From a virus (lineage: Duplodnaviria; Caudoviricetes): a DNA stretch of 42,114 bases. The notes beneath the pieces are model-generated. The model was not told the origin of the DNA and did not search any database. It worked only from the letters and a program-made list of their open reading frames with translations. The DNA lies in IMG/VR virus record IMGVR_UViG_3300020045_002395, positions 1 through 42,114 of that record. One strand, written 5' to 3'. A program made the position numbers and the translations under genes. Positions 35,100 to 42,114 of the stretch are shown here, piece after piece (position 1 is the first letter of the stretch; the number at the start of each line of letters is the position of its first letter).

Positions 35100-37731
35100 A
35101 AAGATTACCGAATTACCAACCGCATCAACTCCTGACGGCAATGAGCTTGTAGAGGTTGTACAAGGTGGTGTTAATAAAAAGGTAACTACCCAGGATATAG
35201 CTGATCTTGGTGGAGGTACTCAGGACTTACAACAGGTGCTAACGGCTGGAGCCACATTAACTGGCGACAACGTAATAAATACAGACGGTAATAACCTTTA
35301 CATCCAAGACGGCGCGAGTAGTTACATCGGATTACTTTCTGATGGGACTGTAAGATTGCAAAGTTTACAAGAAATTATTGTAGTAGGTGATGCTGCAACC
35401 GTAACTATAAATGGTGATTCAGGATCTACTGGTGAAGGATTAGTAAGTGATGGTGCAGGTGGAGTTGTTTGGGGATCTACTGGCGGTGGTTCAATTTCTG
35501 ATGCTGCTTATTCATCATCTTGGAATGGAAATACAACAGACGGAGCTAGTAAGAACGCTCTTTACGATAAGATTCAAACTATATCCGAAAGGGTTTATAA
35601 CGTTGAGACTTATGGCGCGATGCATGATTACCAAACAGTTTCTGATGCTTCAATAACTTCTGGAACGGATGCATTGACAACCACAGGGAGCGTGTTTACT
35701 GCTGCTGATGTCGGAAAGTCAATTAGAGTTTTTGGTGCAGGCGCAGCGGGTGCAGACTTGCTCACAACGATTGACGGCTATACTTCCTCCACTTCTGTAA
35801 GTATCGCTACAAACGCGAGTACCACAATTTCAGCAAAACAAATTGAATGGGGGAATGATGACACCCAAGAAATTCAATCTGCTATCGATGCGGCTTTTGC
35901 GGCTAATGGAGGAACAGTGTATTTTCCTAGTGGAAGATATTTATTATTTGGAGCGTTACAAACTTCGGTAAATTCAGTTAATCCAAATTGCCAGATTTAT
36001 ATACCTCTTACGCCTAACTCAACTCAGCTAGTTTCTATAAAATTAATTGGAGAGACGCAAGTACCACTGACATGGGGACCATTTGTAAGTGTTGGACAAC
36101 CTACTACAGGGGTTCAACTTATTTCTGTTATCGTTGGATCAGGTACTCTCCCATCAGTGATAGGATCTCCATTTGAAAACGATGGATTTACAGACACTAA
36201 TAGAACTGTGGTCCAAATAGAAAATATTGCTATTCGTGTCAAATCATTAACAGGGACTACGCATATAGCCCCGATAATGACTGCCTTTAATCTGGGATAT
36301 TTATCAGCAAAGCAGGTCAAAAATGATTATGCGTTTACCGAGAGTAATCCAACTGTTTCTATAGAGCCTGTTGCAGAAACTTACGGATTTCTTTTGTCAA
36401 GAACTTCGCATGATGACTACAGGTCGTTAGCAGTAAATATAACATCCTGCGGATTCTATTATGGGTTTAGAGTTGAAGAACACGATTCATGGGTTAGCAT
36501 GAACGCTTTCAATTGTATTGGAGGGGTTAGAATTAATGGTGCGGGTGGACATCCTATATTTGGTATGGGTAATATAAACGTACATTGGTGCAGGTACGGT
36601 GTAGTATTTACTGGCAATGCTGATGTTGATATTAAATATAAGGGGGAAAGATGGCCGGGGGCTTTTACTAGTCGTTGGTATGACGGTGTAGCGGATATTT
36701 ATTTTCCATCAAGTGTTGAGATAGACGGTAAACTTTCCGCGTCTGTGGATGTCGCCGGAACAGGTTCGGGATCTATAATCATGTCAGGAACCAATACTGG
36801 TAACTTAGTAACTACAGACGTACCAGCTGGAATTTCTTACGGTGTATCTGATAAGATGATAAATCTGGATGGTACAGGTAACGAAATGATAGGAGTTACA
36901 GGGACTGGCAATGACTTAATAAGTATCACAGGTACAGGAGTAGGTAGAAGTGGATTTAGAGCACGCGCAACTAATGCAGGAGGACAGGCTACTAATTATT
37001 TACTAAACGACAGAACTGTTTTTACTTCTTATGGTGGTCAGCTTTACGGTGGTTCTACTAACGCAGTAGGTAATTTATTCGGAGTATCAAGAGCTGATAA
37101 ATATTTCATTTTTGCTGACGGCGCTTCTAACCTTGGAATGGCCATCGGTACACTATCAGCGCAACCATTAATACTTGGAACTGATAACACGAACCGTTTT
37201 CAAATAGGTTCAGCCGGTCAACTTGGTATAGGGGGAGCAACATACGGAACAAGCGGGCAAGTACTAACCAGTGCAGGAAGTGGAGCGGCTCCAACGTGGA
37301 CAGATAAGGCGCAGGAGGATATAACAGGAGGTGTTGTAGCAAAGGAAACACGATCAAGCGCATCAACTACACATAGGACATACGAAACACTTTGGATTGA
37401 TGCTACTGGAACCAGCGTTACCCAGGATATAAATATTTTGAATGGGTACACAGATGCTACAGCTCTAATTGAATTTACTGGTATTGGTATTAAGTCTGAC
37501 GGATCAGAATCGGTAGCGTATAAATATGCCGCAGCATTCAATAAGGACGGAGCCACTACAGTAGTTCAAGTAGGAGCTACTCAGGCTTTAATGACACCGC
37601 TAGAAACAGATGCCGGTGCGAGTATGACAATTAGCGTTGCATCAAATTTAATCAGAGTTGTGGTTGATTCTGGGGATGCTGATTCTTATAGATGGACTGT
37701 GTTTGCTAAGGTGACAATAACTCAATTATGA
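35089..37731 (+). CDS. Tailspike / receptor-binding protein with pectate-lyase-like beta-helix
   Basis: KKITELP anchor; YNVETYGA...DDTQEIQSAIDAA...GGTVYFPSGRY; G/T/S-rich; fibre repeat LGTDNTNRFQIGSAGQLGIG. Confidence 0.88.
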   Translation: MANKKITELPTASTPDGNELVEVVQGGVNKKVTTQDIADLGGGTQDLQQVLTAGATLTGDNVINTDGNNLYIQDGASSYIGLLSDGTVRLQSLQEIIVVGDAATVTINGDSGSTGEGLVSDGAGGVVWGSTGGGSISDAAYSSSWNGNTTDGASKNALYDKIQTISERVYNVETYGAMHDYQTVSDASITSGTDALTTTGSVFTAADVGKSIRVFGAGAAGADLLTTIDGYTSSTSVSIATNASTTISAKQIEWGNDDTQEIQSAIDAAFAANGGTVYFPSGRYLLFGALQTSVNSVNPNCQIYIPLTPNSTQLVSIKLIGETQVPLTWGPFVSVGQPTTGVQLISVIVGSGTLPSVIGSPFENDGFTDTNRTVVQIENIAIRVKSLTGTTHIAPIMTAFNLGYLSAKQVKNDYAFTESNPTVSIEPVAETYGFLLSRTSHDDYRSLAVNITSCGFYYGFRVEEHDSWVSMNAFNCIGGVRINGAGGHPIFGMGNINVHWCRYGVVFTGNADVDIKYKGERWPGAFTSRWYDGVADIYFPSSVEIDGKLSASVDVAGTGSGSIIMSGTNTGNLVTTDVPAGISYGVSDKMINLDGTGNEMIGVTGTGNDLISITGTGVGRSGFRARATNAGGQATNYLLNDRTVFTSYGGQLYGGSTNAVGNLFGVSRADKYFIFADGASNLGMAIGTLSAQPLILGTDNTNRFQIGSAGQLGIGGATYGTSGQVLTSAGSGAAPTWTDKAQEDITGGVVAKETRSSASTTHRTYETLWIDATGTSVTQDINILNGYTDATALIEFTGIGIKSDGSESVAYKYAAAFNKDGATTVVQVGATQALMTPLETDAGASMTISVASNLIRVVVDSGDADSYRWTVFAKVTITQL

Positions 37732-37732
37732 T

Positions 37733-38503
37733 ATGAGACTAACTATTTTATTACTTCTTATTTCGGTTTGCTCGTTTGCAGCAATGAAGCGCGAAGAGCT
37801 TTCGTATAACGGCATCAAATACCTGAAGTACACACCAACGACAATGCCGATACGTGGTGCGGTGTTGTTTCTACACGGATTAGGGGAACGCGGGACCAAT
37901 CTATCACTACTCGAAAATACCGAAATTCCAAAGCAGTTAAAGAACGGATTAGAGGTACCTTATATTGTGGTGTGTCCTCAGTTGCCGTCAAGTTACGCAG
38001 GTTGGTACGGAAATATAACCTATCCAATAATTGATTTAATGAAGACATACAATCTAGATCTTCATATCACAGGCTTATCCGCTGGCGGGATGATAATTCC
38101 TACACTTGTTTATGAGAAGATGGGAACGTTCAAAACAGCGGCGACTATTTGCGGACAGGTGGACGGAACCATAAGGAATAAAATTCTACCTGAGATGGGA
38201 AAAATACCGTCTATACACTACTATGACCCGAACGATTATACAATCTCATACGGTTACTTAAGCGTGAAGGACATGGTCGAAACTTTGAAGCTACAGGGAA
38301 AAGATATTGATTTGATTAAATTAACCGGGTCACCTAATGCACATTCAATCTGGCCACAGGCTTACCAAACTACTCAGTACTGGAAATGGTTGGACTCTAA
38401 AACTACGACTGTTCCGGTTACAAGATTGAACATAGTAAAAACAGAAGTAGACGTAGCCACGGGGCGGATAATTCATACAGACAGTAACGGTAAAGAATAT
38501 TGA
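37733..38503 (+). CDS. Secreted alpha/beta hydrolase (esterase/peptidase-like)
   Basis: Signal peptide MRLTILLLLISVCSFA; FLHGLGE, VVCPQ, GLSAGG nucleophile, D (NDY), H (AHSIW). Confidence 0.87.
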   Translation: MRLTILLLLISVCSFAAMKREELSYNGIKYLKYTPTTMPIRGAVLFLHGLGERGTNLSLLENTEIPKQLKNGLEVPYIVVCPQLPSSYAGWYGNITYPIIDLMKTYNLDLHITGLSAGGMIIPTLVYEKMGTFKTAATICGQVDGTIRNKILPEMGKIPSIHYYDPNDYTISYGYLSVKDMVETLKLQGKDIDLIKLTGSPNAHSIWPQAYQTTQYWKWLDSKTTTVPVTRLNIVKTEVDVATGRIIHTDSNGKEY

Positions 38504-38504
38504 T

Positions 38505-38696
38505 ATGGAAGAAAAGAAACCAGAAGAACGTTATAAAGGGGTTACCTATATCAGCGTTCAGTCAAGCGAATTGCAACCGGAATTTTACGACCACCTTGAG
38601 AAGTTTATCATGGGGTTAGATAAATGCCGGATGCTTGTTTATACTACAATTCAATCAGGAAAGCCTCCTGGCTGTCCCCCGGGAGGATGTCATTAA
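38505..38696 (+). CDS. 63-aa protein ending in a Pro/Gly/Cys motif (candidate peptide precursor)
   Basis: C-terminus TIQSGKPPGCPPGGCH. Confidence 0.7.
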   Translation: MEEKKPEERYKGVTYISVQSSELQPEFYDHLEKFIMGLDKCRMLVYTTIQSGKPPGCPPGGCH

Positions 38697-39103
38697 GAGC
38701 AACATATCAACTATTTTTGCTCGTTTTGGGGGTTCTTTTTGAATCCGTACGGGAAGCGCAAGGTACAGCGTGCTATGCGTTGATTTGTTTTGAAGATATT
38801 TATTTGAGGTCGTTCATTTACTATTGTATGGAGCACTTCATTATTATTTCACTTGTGATAATGATCTGGAAAAACTCACAGCAGGATGATGACATAAAGA
38901 CGGACAGGTTTTTTGTAGTTTTGTGTGTGTTGGATTTCGCGGATTATTTGGTAACAGGGAATAACGTATGGGAGAAACTCCCATTGACTTATTCAGAAGA
39001 TAGTTGGTATTTTATATTGCCTTTAAGTATGAACGTAGTTTCGGTTGTATGCTTTATAATTTACGCAAACTGGCAATGGAGAATTTCGAATGGCAAGCAG
39101 TAA
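38687..39103 (+). CDS. Polytopic (about 4 TM) membrane protein
   Basis: Four hydrophobic segments; start revised to MSLRATY. Confidence 0.75.
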   Translation: MSLRATYQLFLLVLGVLFESVREAQGTACYALICFEDIYLRSFIYYCMEHFIIISLVIMIWKNSQQDDDIKTDRFFVVLCVLDFADYLVTGNNVWEKLPLTYSEDSWYFILPLSMNVVSVVCFIIYANWQWRISNGKQ

Positions 39104-39231
39104 TAGGGGCGAGTATATTCGCATTTAGTTGGATTGGATTAAGTTACTTGAGGCGATATTTGAATAGTTTAAAGAGGAAAAAGGTAAGGAGAAACATTTT
39201 AAAGGCAATACAAAGGTTAGGCAATGAATGA
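39076..39231 (+). CDS. Single-TM protein with basic tail
   Basis: MENFEWQAVIGASIFAFSWIGLSYLRR...KRKKVRR. Confidence 0.65.
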   Translation: MENFEWQAVIGASIFAFSWIGLSYLRRYLNSLKRKKVRRNILKAIQRLGNE

Positions 39232-39493
39232 GGTTCAAATACTTGTTAGTTTTATAGTAGGATTGGGGGCAACCGTTGGAGGTATGGGGATTTATATCGC
39301 CAGCATTCACAAGGCAAACAACCGAAAACACGAAAAGAACAACGAAGAAATGAAGGCATTGATTGTGCAGGTGGTAACGAAAATTGGGGAGTCATCATCT
39401 GTGATACAAAACTGTTCAAAGATTATTGAAGCCCATTCAGAAGTCTTTTACATTGTTAAATATAAATTCAAAAATGAGAATCCTAATCGTTGA
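39224..39493 (+). CDS. Single-TM plus coiled-coil protein (holin-like or signalling helix)
   Basis: N-terminal TM followed by an amphipathic helix. Confidence 0.65.
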   Translation: MNEVQILVSFIVGLGATVGGMGIYIASIHKANNRKHEKNNEEMKALIVQVVTKIGESSSVIQNCSKIIEAHSEVFYIVKYKFKNENPNR

Positions 39494-39857
39494 GGATAAC
39501 GACAAAACAAGATTGGAGCTTGTTGAGTCGTTGAAAAAAGAAGGTTATAAAGTTGACGCGGTTGATGACGGGGCCGATGCCTTGCGTATGATTAACAACA
39601 ATCGTTACGACTTCGTACTATCTGACCTTAACTTACCCCGCGTGGGAGGTTTAGAACTAGCTGAGAAGCTTGGAGGGGAACCGCCGATGATCTTGTACAC
39701 TTCAGGCAATTCGATAACTGGGTTAAAGGATTTGGCCGACCATTTTAATGTTAAAGTATTTATGACAAATGCCACAATTGACAGCGTTATGAGGATATTC
39801 ACCGAAAGCGTAACGGAAAACTGCCAGATTACAGACAGAATGCTGAAAACTTTATGA
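39474..39857 (+). CDS. Stand-alone response-regulator receiver domain (CheY-like)
   Basis: MRILIVEDN, YDFVLSDLNLPRVGGLEL, ILYTS; conserved Lys apparently replaced (VFMTNAT). Confidence 0.9.
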   Translation: MRILIVEDNDKTRLELVESLKKEGYKVDAVDDGADALRMINNNRYDFVLSDLNLPRVGGLELAEKLGGEPPMILYTSGNSITGLKDLADHFNVKVFMTNATIDSVMRIFTESVTENCQITDRMLKTL

Positions 39858-40288
39858 TCGACAAACTACACCCAAAAGTTCGCCCTATGGCCATTGACTT
39901 TATCGCTAAGGCGAAGACTCAAGGCATTGAAATAAAGATCACGGCTGGGCTTAGAACGTTCGACGAACAAGAAAAACTTTATAATCAGGGTCGTACTACA
40001 CCTGGAAATATCGTCACCAAAGCAAAACCTGGTCAGAGTTTTCACAATTACGGGCTCGCCATCGACGTTGTGCCTATTGTAAACGGAAAAGCAGTTTGGG
40101 AAAATGAAACACTTTGGCAAAAGTTAGGAGTTATAGGGGAGTCGGCCGGCTTTGAATGGGGAGGCCGGTGGAAATTCGTGGATAAACCACATTTTCAGTT
40201 TCCACGTGGAACAAAATACACCACAATCATGCAGCTTAAAATGGCTGGGGATGTGGATCAGGACGGATACGTAATACTTTCTTTATGA
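39854..40288 (+). CDS. Endolysin, M15 L-Ala-D-Glu peptidase type
   Basis: GLRTFDEQEKLYNQGRT, SFHNYGLAID, WGGRW..VDKPHFQ. Confidence 0.95.
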   Translation: MIDKLHPKVRPMAIDFIAKAKTQGIEIKITAGLRTFDEQEKLYNQGRTTPGNIVTKAKPGQSFHNYGLAIDVVPIVNGKAVWENETLWQKLGVIGESAGFEWGGRWKFVDKPHFQFPRGTKYTTIMQLKMAGDVDQDGYVILSL

Positions 40289-40728
40289 AAATCTTAATAC
40301 TACTCCTTTGGCACCCAATAATTTTGGGTTTTAATATCTGGGACAAGAAAATAACGAAGAACGGAGGTAAGCCGGATTACTGGAAATACAGAATCACCCG
40401 TGGAATGGCTGCAATACTTCACGGAGTGTTGATGCTAATAGTTTTCGAGGATGCTTACACGAACTACGGCGAGCTTTCAGCGTGGCAATTACTGGCTTTG
40501 TGGTTTCCGTACGTAACTTTTCAGGTGTGTACATTCTGGATTCAATACGAAATCTGTAGAAACGTTTGGAGCGGTGAGGCTTGGTTATATTACGACCGTA
40601 AGGAAAAAGATTCAGGGATTGTGGATAGGTTCTTTGCGTGGACCGGACCAACTTTTCACGCAATAGCTAAGGTTATGGCATTGGCCGTGGCAGTTCTGTC
40701 GGCTTGGTTGATTTATACAAGGCATTAA
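40285..40728 (+). CDS. Multi-TM membrane protein
   Basis: Three to four hydrophobic segments; coupled to the endolysin. Confidence 0.75.
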   Translation: MKILILLLWHPIILGFNIWDKKITKNGGKPDYWKYRITRGMAAILHGVLMLIVFEDAYTNYGELSAWQLLALWFPYVTFQVCTFWIQYEICRNVWSGEAWLYYDRKEKDSGIVDRFFAWTGPTFHAIAKVMALAVAVLSAWLIYTRH

Positions 40729-40766
40729 AAAAGCCGCTGACATGGAGTCACACGGCTTTTCTTTTT
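40727..40766. terminator. Bidirectional intrinsic terminator
   Basis: A6-GCCG.TGAC...GTCA..CGGC followed by a T-rich tail. Confidence 0.75.
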
Positions 40767-40851
40767 GTCATGACTTGATTTTTTAGATTCGTTTCATAGC
40801 TATATGAATTTTATGTGGATACGAAGATAGTAAAGATTTTGACTTGGTAGT

Positions 40852-40886
40852 AAAAAGGCTCCAAACTTTTCGGGAGCGGAGCCTTT
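40852..40886 (-). terminator. Second terminator hairpin
   Basis: AAAAAGGCTCC...GGAGCCTTT; longer U-tract on the minus strand. Confidence 0.65.
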
Positions 40887-40962
40887 AAATTGCTTTTCGG
40901 AATCTTATGCGGGAAACCTAAAGACTTGTAGCTATTGCATAACGGTGTAAATTTAATAAGAA

Positions 40963-41577
40963 ATGCAAGAAACAGCAAAGAAATATTTTAAATACCTCAT
41001 AATTCTAGCTATAGTGATTATAGCGGCGGCGGTTTTAATATCCAAGTGCGGGGGTAAAGTCAAGGAAGTTAGAACCGAAAAGAAGGAAGATAAGCGACTA
41101 GTCCATATACAGGACAAGCTTGATAGTTCTTTTAAGGCTGGCAACGACTTAATGAAGCGCGTGAATAAGAAGGCTTTAAAAGATAGCCTCGCTCTAATAG
41201 AAAGCAAACGGGTAATAAAGATGCTTAACTGGAAACTGGAAAAGGCAAGGCAACCGGTTCAGGCTTTAATAGATTCCATTCCAGAACTTGATAGGTTTGT
41301 TGATTTAGGGGATTCAATCCGATTTGAACAGGATACTTTAATCAATACACTGGTTAATCAGAAAGCGGAAATGTGGCGTAACTTCAATAACTTGCTTTCC
41401 ATCGAGCAAAGCAAAACAGCGTTGGAGCATGAGAAAGGATTAATACTAACAGAGCAGCGTGACAGATACCGAAAGAAGGCCGACAAGCGTTTTATTATTG
41501 GCCCATATGTGGGAATTGATTACCGTTTACGGCCATCAATAGGCGTTAGCGTTCAGTACCGTCTACTTAGGTTCTAG
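40963..41577 (+). CDS. Spanin-like protein (N-terminal TM, coiled coil, C-terminal amphipathic beta strands)
   Basis: YLIILAIVIIAAAVLISKC; long helical region; RFIIGPYVGIDYRLRPSIGVSVQYRLLRF. Confidence 0.6.
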   Translation: MQETAKKYFKYLIILAIVIIAAAVLISKCGGKVKEVRTEKKEDKRLVHIQDKLDSSFKAGNDLMKRVNKKALKDSLALIESKRVIKMLNWKLEKARQPVQALIDSIPELDRFVDLGDSIRFEQDTLINTLVNQKAEMWRNFNNLLSIEQSKTALEHEKGLILTEQRDRYRKKADKRFIIGPYVGIDYRLRPSIGVSVQYRLLRF

Positions 41578-41967
41578 TTCTAAACCAGTTAGTGCAAAAA
41601 TTAAATTCTGAAGCTGATGGACTGATTTTATTTCAATTTCAGGCTCATAATTTTCTGATGTACCGCCATCATATTTCTTAACTGAATACCAAAACTCATC
41701 TGAAAATATAATACACACTCCATGCCAGAAGAAATAATGAACTTGTTTTAGTGAATTCCCAAAATCGTAACCTAATGATTTCCCAAACCCGAACTTAATC
41801 AGCCATTCTTCTGTGAGTGGTATAGGTTTAATTTTATCAATAGTAGTTCCCCATAATGCAAGACCTGAATCGTAAAGTCCAATATCATTACCGCGAATCA
41901 TATTAACCGTGGATATTCCGTAATTATGATCTACAAGGTTTCCAATTCTAAGTTCTGTGTTTTTCAT
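41563..41967 (-). CDS. Conserved phage hypothetical protein (ELRIGN type)
   Basis: ELRIGNLV...IKPIPLTEEWLIKFGF...VHQLQNLIFALTG; last gene of the leftward operon across the junction. Confidence 0.8.
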   Translation of the reverse strand: MKNTELRIGNLVDHNYGISTVNMIRGNDIGLYDSGLALWGTTIDKIKPIPLTEEWLIKFGFGKSLGYDFGNSLKQVHYFFWHGVCIIFSDEFWYSVKKYDGGTSENYEPEIEIKSVHQLQNLIFALTGLELEPK

Positions 41968-41993
41968 AATTGTAAATTTTAGTTGTTAAAAAT

Positions 41994-42114
41994 AAACCGC
42001 CGTCCAGTCCCCAGACATGAAGTCAAGTTTTTAATAGACCTTCAGGCGGTCAGTTTATGGTCCCCGAATAAATTGCGACTGGTCTATAAGTGTCTGCCCC
42101 TACTCTACAGGGAA
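41994..42114. repeat. Terminal direct repeat, right copy
   Basis: Exact copy of 1-121. Confidence 0.97.

Larger units (their letters stand above)
1..41993. mobile_element. Complete tailed phage genome, siphovirus-like, probable Bacteroidota host
   Basis: Terminase, portal, Clp protease, capsid, tail tube, tape measure, tailspike and endolysin present; ends overlap; no sheath gene recognised; TAnnTTTG promoters. Confidence 0.93.

Noticed and set aside
40885-40945. Resemblance of AATTGCTTTTC...TTGTAG to Bacteroidota type II-C CRISPR repeats (mini-array or RNA anti-CRISPR)
   Set aside because: Single copy, short partial similarity from memory only, and no repeat-spacer periodicity.
6025-41207. 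Many minus-strand and shifted-frame ORFs in the track (e.g. 6025-6387, 12302-12643, 32904-33311, 37218-37556)
   Set aside because: They lie within well-supported plus-strand genes and lack motifs, so they are treated as shadow ORFs.
41994-42114. 121-bp repeat as a biological terminal repeat
   Set aside because: An exact odd-length overlap is typical of assembler k-mer circularisation, and the PBSX/SPP1-like terminase suggests headful packaging. Reads are needed to decide.
1-42114. Alternative genetic code, tRNA genes, or a diversity-generating retroelement
   Set aside because: Core genes are intact in the standard code. No cloverleaf, reverse transcriptase or template/variable repeat pair was noticed.

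Overview
The window is an apparently complete, circularly assembled genome of a tailed dsDNA phage of about 41,993 bp. Bases 1-121 are repeated exactly at 41994-42114. The host is very likely Bacteroidota: TAnnTTTG -7 promoter boxes recur, start regions are A-rich, and a signal peptide is followed by Gln. A leftward early block encodes a Rad52/Sak-like annealing protein, a YqaJ-type exonuclease and YopX. After a divergent promoter, a rightward block encodes a replication initiator with an internal GIY-YIG/T5orf172-like domain, a cytosine methylase-like protein, HNH nucleases and many small ORFs. The long late region runs TerS, TerL, tail chaperone, tail completion and tip proteins, tape measure, Clp protease/scaffold, capsid, tail tube, an approximately 7 kb sugar-modification cassette, portal, adaptor, holin-like gene, tailspike, secreted hydrolase and lysis region. 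I recognised no integrase, CI repressor, polymerase, tRNA or CRISPR array. The most notable observations are: (1) a cassette of a CPPGGC peptide, membrane proteins and an orphan receiver domain coupled to the endolysin; (2) a Gmd/cupin/glycosyltransferase/O-methyltransferase cassette between the tail tube and portal genes; (3) an unannotated -1 frameshift extension of the tail chaperone; (4) promoters that appear to give leaderless mRNAs; (5) several structured intergenic RNA candidates. All product calls come from motif recognition by eye, not from database searches.
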